Shown here piece by piece: positions 27,211-41,185 of a stretch of 64,000 bases of DNA; positions within the stretch are counted from its first letter, which is position 1, and each line of letters starts with the position of its first letter. The notes beneath the pieces were generated by a model. It was not told the DNA's origin, searched no databases, and worked only from the letters and a program-made list of their open reading frames with translations. Both the position numbers and the translations under genes were made by a program. This DNA comes from Octopus sinensis (taxonomy: Eukaryota): NCBI RefSeq assembly GCF_006345805.1, contig NC_042997.1:96410001-96474000 (forward strand), written 5' to 3'.

Positions 27211-28306
27211 ATAAGAGTAAATAATTTCTATAAAGGCTTTTAAAAAAACCCAATTATTTACTGGTAGAATTCGGTATGTAAATATAGCCGATTACCGGCA
27301 GGAACTTCTGTAAAGTTCAGTATATATATTGTATATAAGAAAAAGGGACAGGCAAACAGGTTGCTTGACCGCATACCGAAAAAATAGAAATAGCAGTCAA
27401 GAATGCTTATTTCTATCAAAGTTGGACTCCAGGTACGACAAACCCTGTAATTCACATATGCAAAACAGAAGGAATAGATAACGAAAACGAAGTCTGGTGG
27501 TTATCTGTGAACATCATGTTTCTGGATTATAAACATATTGAATATATATTTCATATATATTTTTTATATATATTTCATATACATTGCATATATATTTCAC
27601 ATCCTTCTTCAGCACAGCTTTCCATTGAAAAAGATTTATCATAGATTTATCAAATGCTACGTACCTCAAACCTTCTGACCATGCGACATCAAAATATTTG
27701 AAGAAAGTGAGCAAAAGCTAAACCTACATAGACGTTTGAATTCGTAAATCTTCCCTCCAAAATTTTGCCATGCGCACTACAAAAATAGTTCCATAAGATT
27801 GGGAACTATTGGGTTGTCATAATGGAGTGAAAAATCCAAATAGTAATATAATAATAAGAGTAAATAATTTCTATAAAGGCTTTTAAAAAAACCCCAATTA
27901 TTTACTGGTAGAATTCGGTATGTAAATATAGCCGATTACCGGCAGGAACTTCTGTAAAGTTCAGTATATATATTGTATATAAGAAAAAGGGACAGGCAAA
28001 CAGGTTGCTTGACCGCATACCGAAAAAATAGAAATAGCAGTCAAGAATGCTTATTTCTATCAAAGTTGGACTCCAGGTACGACAAACCCTGTAATTCACA
28101 TATGCAAAACAGAAGGAATAGATAACGAAAACGAAGTCTGGTGGTTATCTGTGAACATCATGTTTCTGGATTATAAACATATTGAATATATATTTCATAT
28201 ACATTGCATATATATTTCACATCCTTCTTCAGCACAGCTTTCCATTGAAAAAGATTTATCATAGATTTATCAAATGCTACGTACCTCAAACCTTCTGACC
28301 ATGCGA
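27206..28306 (+). repeat. Direct repeat pair (27206-27686 and 27849-28306) separated by ~160 bp of unique sequence
   Basis: Essentially identical copies apart from a 24 bp indel; duplicated ORFs at 27258 and 27902. Confidence 0.95.
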
Positions 28307-28368
28307 TATACATATACAGACACACACATACATATATATGTATATATATATACATATATGCATATTGT

Positions 28369-28775
28369 TGCAGTTGTGGCTGTATGGTAAGCAGCTTTCT
28401 TCCCAGCCACATGGCTCCGGATTTAGTCCCAGTGCGTGCCACCTTGGGCTAGTGTCTTCTACTATAGCCATGCACCGACCAAAGCCTCCTTAGTGGATTT
28501 GGTAGACAGAAACTGAAACAAGCCTATCGTATATGTGTGTGTATGTGTGTGTGTTTGTACGTGTGTGTTTCTGTGTGTGTTGTCCCCCCTATCCCCATCA
28601 CTGCTTGACAACCGGTGTTGGTGTGTTTACGCCCCGTAAACTAATGGCTCGGCAAAAACGACCGATAGAATAAGTACTAGACTTAAGAAATAAGACTTGG
28701 AGTCGATCTCTTAGACTAAAAGAACCAGTGTTCCAGCATAGCCGCAATCAAATGACTGAAACCAGTAAAAGAATA
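28369..28775 (+). mobile_element. SINE family A, diverged full-length copy
   Basis: gtggctgtatggtaag head, cttgggc core, aatgactgaaaccagtaaaa tail. Confidence 0.9.
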
Positions 28776-28897
28776 TATTTATACATACAGGGGTAGGACA
28801 AAATAATGGAAACACCTAGCATCATAATTTTGAAATATCTCTAAAACCGTCAAAAGCTTGTTTATGTTTTTTTTTATTTATCGTTAGTGTTGCTTAA

Positions 28898-31300
28898 CCC
28901 TTGGGATACCAGAGAAAATGTATGTCACTAATTACCAACTTGGTCTAAAGGGCCCAGTATTTTTCTTTTAATTAAATTTTATTCACTCTACCACTATTTC
29001 TTAGCTACATTATATATGCTACCAGGTGAATGAAGAATCACTGTTTCTCACAAATTTTCATTAGAAAAAAATACAGCTTACAGAATATTTTATGAACTAA
29101 AAAAATTACAAAAGTACAGAATCACAGCTCCTCATAGCAGTGAATGCAGACATGGATATTACAATTCTTACATGTAGTACGAGTTAGTTTTCCTGTCTTT
29201 TTTGAGGCTACACAAAGAACATCCATTTTGCTTTGGCTGAAGAATCTTGTTTGGTTGAGAAATGTTAACGGGACAAGAAGATTGTTTACTCTCTTTACTC
29301 TTTTAAATGTTGCAGTCATTTGACTGCGGCCATGCTGGAGTACCGCCTTTAGTCGAGCAAATAGACCCCAGGACTTATTCTTTGTAAGCCTAGTACTTAT
29401 TTTATCGGTCTCTTTTGCCGAACCGCTAAGTTACGGGATGTAAACACACCAGCATCGGTTGTCAAGCGATGTCGAGGGGGGGTACAAACACAGACACACA
29501 AACACAGACACACAAATATTATATATACCGTCTACTAAATCCACTCACAAGCCTTTAGTCGGCCCAGGCTATAGTAGAAGACACTTGCCCAATGTGCCAC
29601 GCAGTGGGATGAACCCGGAACCATGTGGTTGGTAAGCAAGCTACGTACCACACAGCCACTCCTGCTGTCATGTTCTTGTTTAGCATTAACTCCAGCAAGT
29701 TCCATTCCTAGCTGAACTAGGCACTGTCTTCTTGAAACTTAGCAATTGAAGCTGTTTAGCAATTATAAAAGCACTTATATCAATCATGTTGTAGAATATA
29801 ACCATAGACCATAGTTGAGTCATTCTTTCGCAAGTGTATGTCCTTACCATCTTATCTAAGGTATCTATTCCTCCTTTTGATTTGTTGTAACGTAATAACT
29901 CCAGGTTTCTTTTCAACAATTTTTGAATCAATTGAAGACTGAGAGTGCTTTGTACGCATAAATATGACTACATAATTTTCTTGGAACAACAAGACAGGAT
30001 CATAAAATCCTTTTTTGAAATCCAAATATTGTGCTGTTGACAACAATTTTTCCACTTGTGAAAGCACTTGTAAGTTCAACTCTGTTCTTTCTAATTGTTC
30101 CAACTAAAGTAGTTTTCTTGCTAAGCAGCTTTCGAGCCAATCCTAGACTTGTAAATGAATTGTCATAAGTTACATTGCGACCAATATTTTCAAGTTCTTT
30201 TACTAGGTTTTCAACAACTCTTGAAACTTGATTTGTCTTTCTCCCTTTTACTGTGTCTTTTCCAGAGTAGATTTGCATTTTCCAGGCTTAAGATGTTTCA
30301 CTGTTGCATATTGCCCACATTTTAAATACTTCTCTTATGGACTCCAATTTATGATCACTTCTCGTTTTTCGTCTTGCACTAGCATCATCAAAGCACAATA
30401 CTTGTAAAATCTGTTGAAATCTTCCACGGATTATAATTTTGTTGAGTACTGGGCGGCCATCTTCTTGGCTCCCTAACTGTGTGACATTTTCATGTTTAGA
30501 TTTATAAACACATATAGAAATAATCAGTCCAATAAATTTCTTTAGCTCAGAGTGATCAATCTCCTTCCATTTATCTTTGTGAACAACCTGACTTTCAACA
30601 TTTGTCCATTTACGAATTACTTCAAGAAGGTTCTGGCGCATAAAGATAGTAAAACATGTTAAAATGCTACCGCTAGATCATTTAGCAAAACGGGACGGCC
30701 TACATTTTTGGCGCATAATATTGCAAGATGAAGTTCTTACTGCTGTTTGAGTAAGAGGATTAGAATGCCAAACTTCTTGTCTGTTTCTAGAAACATATTG
30801 CTCATTCATAATTGGGTGGCTAGCAGATAATTGTTTTTGAGTATCTTCATCATCTCATGACACAGAACTTAAACTGTCTAGCACGCAATCACTTTCACCA
30901 TCATTTTCAGTGCAATAGAAAGAATCAATACAATATTCTTCCAATTCTTCATCCAATTCCAATAGCCCTTTCGATATTTGGTCTTCATTCAAGTTTTCAC
31001 GTCTATGTATATTGGAAAGTACAACTGAAATATATAAAGATATTGATAATTCACATATTTATACTCTCCTGAAAGATGATGGAAAATATTGTAAGAATTG
31101 CGTCATCACATAGAAATTTTGCATCACCCTATAACCTAGCAGATCGAAGGTGATGCAATGCCACAGAAATTTATTGGAATATTTTCATAATTTTTTCCTA
31201 TTTCATCTAAAATTCAGCAAATAAATTGCACACAATTTAATCTACTTTCAAAACAACTTTCAAAAACAAACGTTGCAAAGTGTTTAGAGTGTAGTAAAAA
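28898..31300 (-). mobile_element. piggyBac transposon (PGBD4-like transposase pseudogene), one end lost
   Basis: TTAA|CCCTT terminus at 28894-28902; GRNVTYDNSFTS..TLVGTIRKNR, YNKSKGGIDTLDKMVRTY, IFYNMIDISA and C-terminal CKNCNIHVCIHC. Confidence 0.92.
29287..29665 (-). mobile_element. SINE family A inserted in the piggyBac ORF
   Basis: Reverse-complement match; separates the catalytic region from the Cys-rich tail. Confidence 0.93.
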
Positions 31301-31931
31301 CCTACAGAATTGATCCCTAGAGCACTGGAAGAATGGTATTTTCTCGGACGAGTCATCCTTTACCTTATTTCCGACCACACGCTGGAGTATACGTGTGAAG
31401 ACAGCCAAAAGAAGCATTTGACCCAGATTGCATTCTTCCAATAGGTGAAGATGTAGGAGGATCTGTGATGATCTAGCATTTTATCTGATCAAATTCATCC
31501 TATTGGTTGCATAACCGGTTCTGGAGGGAAACACGATCTTTGGGGATGATAATGTACCAGTTCACACTTCACACAGCTAAAGTTGTTACTGAATGGAACG
31601 AGGAACATTCATATGAAGTTGGACATCTAATCTGGCCACCACAGTCCCCAGATCTCAATATTATTGAACATTTATGGTGCATTTTAGAAAAACAAGTAAA
31701 GAATCGATATCCTCCACCATCATCACTACAAGAACTGGAGACTGTTTTAGCTGAAGAATAGACAAAAATTCCTTTGAAAACAGCTCAAGCTCTGTGCGAC
31801 ACCATAACTCGTAGAATTCAAGCTGTAATTACTGCTAAAGGTTGTTCTACTCCATATTAAAATAAATTTGTTTGCAATTTTAAGGTGTTTCCATTATTTT
31901 TTCCAACCCCTGTACATGCATACATGCATAT

Positions 31932-31977
<46 letters not shown>

Positions 31978-32173
31978 AAAGTTTGTTTGGTAAAGCACGT
32001 GGGTGAATATATAAGAAAATAGTAAAGACCGGTATTTCTTTAAAAAGTATAAAATTATGTCATTTTAAGGAAAGGAAAAAAAATTTTTCCAATATTCTCC
32101 AGACATTTTGACGCAAATATATATATTTTTTAACATTTAAGCCTTCTGTCGTTTTTTTACTCTTTACTATTTT

Positions 32174-32215
<42 letters not shown>

Positions 32216-35200
32216 TCTGACTCTCTCTCTATGTATATATTTCTGTGGGAGCGCGTATGTGTATCTATATGATGGTATGATGGGACGAAAAAGAGATACT
32301 TAAGTCTACACTTATATTTAATCTGCATAATGAATCGAAAGCTGAAAGAAGATATGTTTAATTTCGTTAAACGATATACCATAAAATAGAAACAAAAGAA
32401 GAAGATAGGATTTTGTGTTTATTGACTTGTTCTTGCTTGATATGCATATAGTATTTGAAAGAGTGCAATATCGTGTCTGTGTGTTTGTATGTTTCCGTTT
32501 TTCTCTGTTTGTGATATATCCATACAAGTGGGAGCCGCATGTTGTAAGGCAGGAAAAAGTTTGACGCGCATAAGTCTAGAAGCGAATGTAGATTGTAGGT
32601 GTGATAAAAACAGCGCAATTTTTGTAAGAGAGACGGGTTACGAGTTGAATTCAAGAGGACAGTTTCGAGGAGAGATGGTCAAATAGCTATTGTTTATGGA
32701 TTTGCTGCGTGTTATGTACGAAGCGTGCTTTGTTGCTAAACATTGTATTTTTTCAGCAGGTAACCTTCTGTTGATTTTGAACATTCCTAAATTCCAGAAT
32801 TTAGCAGGGTCCCTTTTTTTACATAGACATATCCAAATATCTTTCATTACAGAAAGATATAAATATTTCCTGCTAAAAAACACCTAAGAAATTTTGAATT
32901 TTACTTTTTTGAAATTATATTTATGCCGAACTATATGAACCATTGATTTAGAAAACTAAATGCTTTTCTATAATTGCTTTACTAACAAAAGCACATTTAA
33001 CTTTAATTGCAAGTAGTTAAAGTAATTTAACTTTTAAGTACAAGTAATTTGAACACAATATATTCTTGAGTTTCACCTGAATTCTTATCACTAGCATTGC
33101 CTAAATTCCCAGTAAATAAAATTAAAATCTCTAGCTATAAGAATGAAAATTTAATAAAATCTGTTATCAAGTTAAAACCAAAATGAATGCAGGTAAGTAT
33201 ATCAGTTAAGGAGCTCACTTCGAAACTTCTAATTCCCGTTTTGATCTTGCTGCGCAGCATTTTGAGCCAGTATTGCATGATACCCACATATCAACCAGTC
33301 TTACAAGTGAAATTTATTACATGTAAACTGCTTCCTTTTCTTGGTAACAGACTAAACGCGTTACTTTTAAACAGCACCATCTAGGATCTTGCCTGACTTT
33401 AGTGAAGTCTCTCTTCTGAATGATCCCGACTAATCACCGGTTTGCCGAAAAGAAAAGAGACTGGAGAAAATCATAGAAAGCATCAGTGCCGCTTCTCTCT
33501 ATCTAGGTCATGAAAATTATAACAAAAATAAATATTATCAAATAATTCTCTCAAGCACAAATGGTCGATCTGAAATCTAGAATATATGCGTCGTGTAAAA
33601 TATTTTAGTTGATTCAGTTAAATTAGATTTGAATGTATATTAGTCTCAATACTCTTTATGACGAGAAGAGTAAAAGAAAATAGTAATATATAATGTGTAC
33701 GTTACAGCATTCACTCATAATAAACGATCATTCATAATAATAGTAGTGATGATTTTATGATAGATCAATAAGTCGGTATTAAATATGGATCGCATTTAAC
33801 AATTCCATATCGACGACAGTAGTAGTTTTATTAAAAAATTGATTTTACAAAAAAATTCGAATAAATAGCATCAATAATGTTTTGTTTGCTTTTAAGAGGG
33901 AAACGAAGAAACGTATTTTCGAGACCCTATACCACGCCATATTTACAGGATTGATTCCCCTCGAGTAAAATATTCAGGAACAGATATCGGATATTGAGTT
34001 AAACCTTGAATTTCACCTATTGCGGAGTTACCAAAGGATATTAATAGATTTTGATATCATCCTGAATACAATGGCTCAACATTTCCAACGATTTATCAAA
34101 CACTAACTCATTTTAACTATATTCTTTTCTAAGTATGACTGACCCAAATATTTCTAATTTAATTTTTTTTTATTGATATTAGTAACTACACGATGAAACA
34201 TATTCAAATAGTTTCACAGCAAAAGTTTAACCGATGCAAACTATCAATAATTGGATATATGCTTATTTAATTTTACTGCTGATTGAAAAGAGACGTATTT
34301 AATGAATCATAACACGACAGGATGATTTTCTTGCAGATCAGTTGAACTTCATGTCTTTAAATTGATTGCGGAAACAATATGTTTGTTGTCAAAAGCTTAA
34401 AAACGATAATGATTAATGAACATAAAGAAGATAATTCACATTACTTTCTATAAAATTTCTTCGAGCAAAATATAAATGATACACTATTAAGAATATTCTC
34501 AAAATTCATAAGCATTCACTGAAGCCATCGGCTGATTTTCTCGAATTTTGCAAATATATAATATATTGGATCGATTATATATGATACCAGCTTCATTAGA
34601 ATCATATTTAGATTATATCTGACCGAGGGAAGAGTATTCCTTGTTCACTTTATGATTTGAACAGTCTTTTCTGGGTGAACGATCGAGTGCCAGCTCAATT
34701 TTATATCAAGAATTTCTTTTTCTTTTTTGTTTCTCTTTAGCTAGTATAGAATGGTAAAAACAGCGTATGTAGATGCAGGTGTCCATTGATTATTTCTTTC
34801 ATCATTTCAGCAAATACTTGAACAATAGACCAAATATTATTAATTGCGGTATCTACACCTGCTCATGTAGTTTTCAGATTGTAATGATTTAGAAACTTTA
34901 GTAAAAGGAAGAAGAAATGGAAGACATGACTGAATAAGAAGATGGTAAAGTTAAACAAAAAGACAGAAACGAAAGCATTTTGGGAAGAGGAGATTAAAAA
35001 AGTAAAGAAAACATCAAATATAAACTGAAGAAGAGAAAATGACATATTTATAAATAATTGCAGATGAAATTTTTCAGTATATTCCTAGGACTTTATTATG
35101 CGCAACGGACGTCCCTGGAAAAAGATTGAAATATGTCAGTCTCTCGTTCTTTCCAAGTCTCTTTGCGAGACATGGATGCGAAATTAAAGCGGAATCCGAA

Positions 35201-36200
35201 AAGCATATCTTTAGCAAATTGGATGATCATTGATATTAATCCTCATTGATTCGCATTAGTCACGCGAGATTTCCGTTAGTTACGAAGTCTTCCCTACCAC
35301 CACTTTCGTTTTTAAAATGGGGATTATATTAAATATTATTGTCACAGTCTCATTGAGTCTAAAACAACTACTATATGATCATGGCTGCAATGCCTTTCTT
35401 CATAGGAATAGGCAACGAGAATGGCATCGTGATAAAAGCGACATTCATATATGTTTTCCTCTACACCCTAACTACTGATATACTTATGAATATTGACTTT
35501 TCATTCTTCGGTATGGAATACCTCCAGTTATAAAAGTAAAGAATATAGCAAATTGTGAACCCCTCGTTACCTGGTAATAGAATGACTAGGTTACTCTTAG
35601 ACATCACTACTCCAAAATATACTGCATCACTTGTAGAATAGTCTTTAAGTTTATGATGGAAACGTTTATTTCACATCGGCACACTCTATCTCTCTATAGA
35701 TATACGATTGGCTTTATATTTGAGCAATATATCTAGCAGTCACTGGATAAAATTCACAAGTTCTTTACTAGTTTCACGGTCATTCTCAGGCCAAGGAAAA
35801 TTAACTGTTAATGACTCCGTACATGAACGTGTTACAAGCTAGAATAAGTTACCTGTGAATTAGTGTGCAGGGAGGTGTGATTTAATTTTACTTGATGTAT
35901 TGCTAGAGCATTCTTACCATGTAAGAATATTTAAAGAGAGGAAATGGGTGATATACAGAGACAGATGCAGACATGAAAACAATTATAAGTGAAAAACAAG
36001 CCATCGGAGTGCGATGCATACCCTGCGCTCAGATAATTATTTTCGTAAATTATAGTGTGGCTTACAACGCGTTGCTTACCCAAGCTTTTTAATTGAGTTA
36101 CTTTTTTATTCTTTTTTAAGTATCACCATTATAGGCATGTATACTCCGGTGAAATTAAGAAATCAACTCGTAAATAAGCGAAACCTTCGAATCAATCACT

Positions 36201-36202
<2 letters not shown>

Positions 36203-36234
<32 letters not shown>

Positions 36235-38165
36235 CACACACACACACAGAGGCACACACACAGGCACACACACACACACTCACACATACACAAACACAGT
36301 CGCGTATCTAAGTATGTATTTCTGCGTGAATGCATATATGTGCCCACACGTGTCCACCCGCATAGGTACACCATGATCTATACACACGAAGACAATGGTC
36401 GATTCATATGAAAAAGAAAGTAACCAAAAGAACACTTGCGTATCTGGAAATTCTTAAGTTGGATCTTTGAATTTATTTTATTTTATTTTTAAAGATAATC
36501 AAACCAAATGCTGGTCATTTTCAATCACTCAACTAATGAGTATTTCTGTCAAATGTAGTGAAAATCCGTTCAGCCGTTTTCCAGTAACTTGTGAATATAA
36601 TAACAAAGACGAGTGATTACAATTCTCTGCTTTCGCTTACTCACGAAGGGTAGTATATCTTTAAAACAATTCAAGACAGAAACTAATTGTCATAGAATGG
36701 AAAATTCGTCATTTTCTCTTTTTTTGTTTTTGTTGCAGCAAGTAAATCTAACGGGGTTACCCCTTGTCTAGTTCTGTACACTGCAGAGAAAACTCTGAAA
36801 CCAGCATAGTTGCTCATATTAAGGTTACTATTTCTACAGCATTATCACCCATAATATATCAGTATCTCTTATGATAGCTTCATACAGATGAGTAATTTTC
36901 TTTATCGTAGAAATGGTTTATATGTGTATATGTATATGCACATTTATGTAGGCATATGGATATGAATGTAAGCGAATAGACATACAGACTGGTAGGTACA
37001 TAGATTATATGAACAGACAAGTGCACATACACAAATGAAGACTGTAACATATGCCCATATATATACACACACACACACACACTTCACTCACAGAAGGATA
37101 CATGGAGACACACGTCAACACATATGGAGATACACTTCCATACATACAAACACAGTACATAGTTGCAAAATACCCATACTTACACACACACACACCACAC
37201 ACACACACACACACACAGAGGCACACACACAGGCACACACACACACACTCACACATACACAAACACAGTCGCGTATCTAAGTATGTATTTCTGCGTGAAT
37301 GCATATATGTGCCCACACGTGTCCACCCGCATAGGTACACCATGATCTATACACACGAAGACAATGGTCGATTCATATGAAAAAGAAAGTAACCAAAAGA
37401 ACACTTGCGTATCTGGAAATTCTTAAGTTGGATCTTTGAATTTATTTTATTTTATTTTTAAAGATAATCAAACCAAATGCTGGTCATTTTCAATCACTCA
37501 ACTAATGAGTATTTCTGTCAAATGTAGTGAAAATCCGTTCAGCCGTTTTCCAGTAACTTGTGAATATAATAACAAAGACGAGTGATTACAATTCTCTGCT
37601 TTCGCTTACTCACGAAGGGTAGTATATCTTTAAAACAATTCAAGACAGAAACTAATTGTCATAGAATGGAAAATTCGTCATTTTCTCTTTTTTTGTTTTT
37701 GTTGCAGCAAGTAAATCTAACGGGGTTACCCCTTGTCTAGTTCTGTACACTGCAGAGAAAACTCTGAAACCAGCATAGTTGCTCATATTAAGGTTACTAT
37801 TTCTACAGCATTATCACCCATAATATATCAGTATCTCTTATGATAGCTTCATACAGATGAGTAATTTTCTTTATCGTAGAAATGGTTTATATGTGTATAT
37901 GTATATGCACATTTATGTAGGCATATGGATATGAATGTAAGCGAATAGACATACAGACTGGTAGGTACATAGATTATATGAACAGACAAGTGCACATACA
38001 CAAATGAAGACTGTAACATATGCCCATATATATACACACACACACACTTCACTCACAGAAGGATACATGGAGACACACGTCAACACATATGGAGATACAC
38101 TTCCATACATACAAACACAGTACATAGTTGCAAAATACCCATACTTACACACACACACACACACA
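36203..38165 (+). repeat. ~968 bp near-perfect tandem duplication with breakpoints in (CA)n tracts
   Basis: cgcgtatctaag at 36301 recurs at 37270; identity runs to atacttacacac at ~37185 and ~38150. Confidence 0.96.
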
Positions 38166-38599
38166 CACTCAGACATGCACACACAAGGAAACAGACTTGC
38201 ACTCACAAACGCATGTAAACACACACACACATACAGACATAAAAACACACAAACACGGACACAGAAACACATGAACGTGTAGGCATAATACATACATACA
38301 AATGTACATAGATACATACATTTATACGTACGCATACACATACATACATGCATACTCACACATGCAAGCATACATACATATATTTATACATGTGTATGCG
38401 CACACACACTGACACACGCACATACGAGGAAACAAAAAAGAACGCAGCTTCAATAGCGGACAGAGTCAACAAGTATTGAAAAGGCTGCAAGGCGCAACGA
38501 AAATTTTAGAAAAATGATAAGTAAATGAGTGGAAATTTTACCGATGTGTGTGTTAAATTATAAGGCACTAAAAGAGGATAACTCTCCCCAGACACAACA

Positions 38600-38654
<55 letters not shown>

Positions 38655-38656
<2 letters not shown>

Positions 38657-39073
38657 CGCAGGAGTGGCTGTGTGGTAAGTAGCTTGCTAACCAGCCACAT
38701 GGTTCCGGGTTCAGTCCCACTGCGTGGCATCTTGGGCAAGTGTCTTCTGCTATAGCCCCGGGCTGACCAATGCCTTGTGAGTGGATTTGGTAGACGGAAG
38801 CTGAAAGAAGCCTGTCGTATATATGTATATATATATGTATGTGTGTGTGTGTTTGTGTGTCTGTGTTTGTCCCCCTAGCATTGCTTGACAACCGATGCTG
38901 GTGTGTTTACGTCCCCGTAACTTAGCGGTTCGGCAAAAGAGACCGATAAAATAAGTACTGGGCTTATAAAGAATAAGTCCCGGGGTCGAGTTGCTCGACT
39001 AAAGGCGGCGCTCCAGCATGGCCGCAGTCGAATGACTGAAACAAGTAAAAGAGTAAAGAGTAAAGAGAGAGTA
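38655..39073 (+). mobile_element. SINE family A, full length, young
   Basis: A box TGGCTGTGTGG, B box GGTTCAGTCCC, cttgggcaagt core, internal (TA)(TG) tract, (AAAGAGT)n tail. Confidence 0.96.
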
Positions 39074-39101
39074 TATATACTTATATACATATATTTATAT
39101 G

Positions 39102-39135
<34 letters not shown>

Positions 39136-39185
39136 TATAATATATATATATATAATATATATATATGTATATATATATATATATG

Positions 39186-39248
<63 letters not shown>

Positions 39249-40827
39249 TATATATATATAAAACACTCGTTCTATTTTTGTTCCCATACAGATGTATACA
39301 AATATGTGTTTACTAATAATGTACGAGTATCTTTTACGAGCAACTTCTCATGCGTAAATCATAACTGAAAAACATTTGTATTCCTTCCTGATTATCACTA
39401 TTTTGACCCATATCAATAATCCTTTATTTATTCATTTTTACTTCAATGTGCCTCTATTCAATTGTATATTCAATTCTCATTTACTCACGCGTTTATGCTT
39501 TTGCTTGTATTAAATGTATCAAGTAAATTTAAAGGATGTATAACTAGCATCCATATTTTAAATTTTTATGTATATTAACATCGTAACGGTTCGGTAAATA
39601 TATTCTAAACTTTACTATGCTACATCTTTTATTCGTAGCATGAATTCGGATAAATTGCAGGCTTCAGTTTCTGTCCAATTTCTCAATGCCATTTTCCTCA
39701 AGCCACATATATTCTGATGCTTTCATCATTGATTCCTTTTCTACTGTCATCCAATTTATCACTACAGGAGATGTTTTATTCAGATCAGTTCTTTCGGTTT
39801 TTTTAAACATGTTTTCATTCTTTCTTTAATGGAATCTTCTTTATAATATATTCCATTTATTTTAACAAAGATGAATGTATACAGTTATTCGTGTTACAGT
39901 CTACTTCGGTGATAGAATTAAAGTAGTGATTGAAATATTATCTTGAATCAGAATTAGATCGAAGCACTTGGTAGGGAAGAAATGATTAATTTTAGAGAAC
40001 TTCCGAGCATTAGCATAGTGAAAAATTACTACTGCTTTCAACTACCTAAAAATACATGTAATGAATCCTCTGAGTTAAAAATATAGTTGACATGAAATTA
40101 ATTTGTGCAAGTAACAGGATATGAGTAACCTACCCTTGCTTAGTTAGCTACCGCAATAACAACATTCTTGCTTAATATTGAATTCAGTTGTTAAACGATA
40201 GTGCGAAAAATTCCTAATTCATGATTTTCATTGTAGGAAACATTCCGAAATGAATATCCAGGTCATCCTTTCAATACGTCGGCCAGATTTCTGACATTTG
40301 GTCATAAAACAATGTATGAAACGATTGTAGAAGAATTGTTCCGCAGTTTTATGAGTGCAGCAAATTGGCTATTCTGTCGATTCTCTTCAACAATAACCCG
40401 GAAAGATTTTTCTCTTATCGATTGCATATAATGAAGTATTTCTAAATATTTATAGTTTGTATTTATATTTTGTGATATGATTGTCAACGTTTTACTGACT
40501 GACAATGTTAAGATCTGAATGATTATTGTGTGTTGTTATTTCGTGATAATCGAGTTTGGTCTCCATTATATCTTTGTCTGTTATCGAATCCCTTGTGATA
40601 CTAATAAGCGCTATCACAGTCACATTATTGGTGCTTTCATTACCGCCATTGACTCGATGGAACTAAAAACGTGGTCCTTTACAATATTTGCGAACTCGAT
40701 GCAGCTTGATATTGGACTCCTGTTACTAAGGGATATTCTGACATTAGTTGTAATAGTTCTATGATTACACGTTTTCAATTTGAATCTAAGTTTTACTGCA
40801 GCCTTCCAAACGTTTTACTGACACAGA

Positions 40828-41185
40828 CGCCGGCGACGCTATGTGCGAAGAAGCTTGCTTCCCAGCCACATAGTTCCGGATTCAGTCCCACTGCGTGGAA
40901 ACTTGGGCATGTGTCTTCAACTATAGCTTTGGCCAACCAAAGCTTTGTGAGTGGATTTGATAGCCGGAAACTGACACTAGCATCTCTTTATCGCTTGACT
41001 ACCACTTGGCATCAGGTATTGCTGTGTTTACGTGCTCGTTACTTAGCGGTTTGGCAAAATAAACCGACAGAAAAAGTACCAGTCTTAAATGAATCACTGG
41101 GGTCGATTCACTCGACTTAAATACCCCAAGGCAGTGCGCCAATATGGCTACAGCCCAATAACTGAAACAAAGAAACGAAAATATA
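40828..41185 (+). mobile_element. SINE family A, old copy
   Basis: ttccggattcagtcccactgcgtgg...gagtggattt...cttagcggtttggcaaaa. Confidence 0.85.

Larger units (their letters stand above)
28788..31912 (+). mobile_element. Tc1-family (DD34E) DNA transposon, defective, with a nested piggyBac
   Basis: TA-flanked ~30 bp TIRs (CAGGGGTAGGACAAAATAATGGAAACACCT / AGGTGTTTCCATTATTTTTTCCAACCCCTG); transposase relic at 31315-31860 with FSDESSF, GGSVMI and WPPQSPDLNIIEHLW. Confidence 0.93.

Noticed and set aside
33650-34620. Further possible Penelope relics (also ~800-1500, 4950-6440, 39400-39850)
   Set aside because: Only faint, scattered peptide resemblance; cannot be supported without an HMM search.
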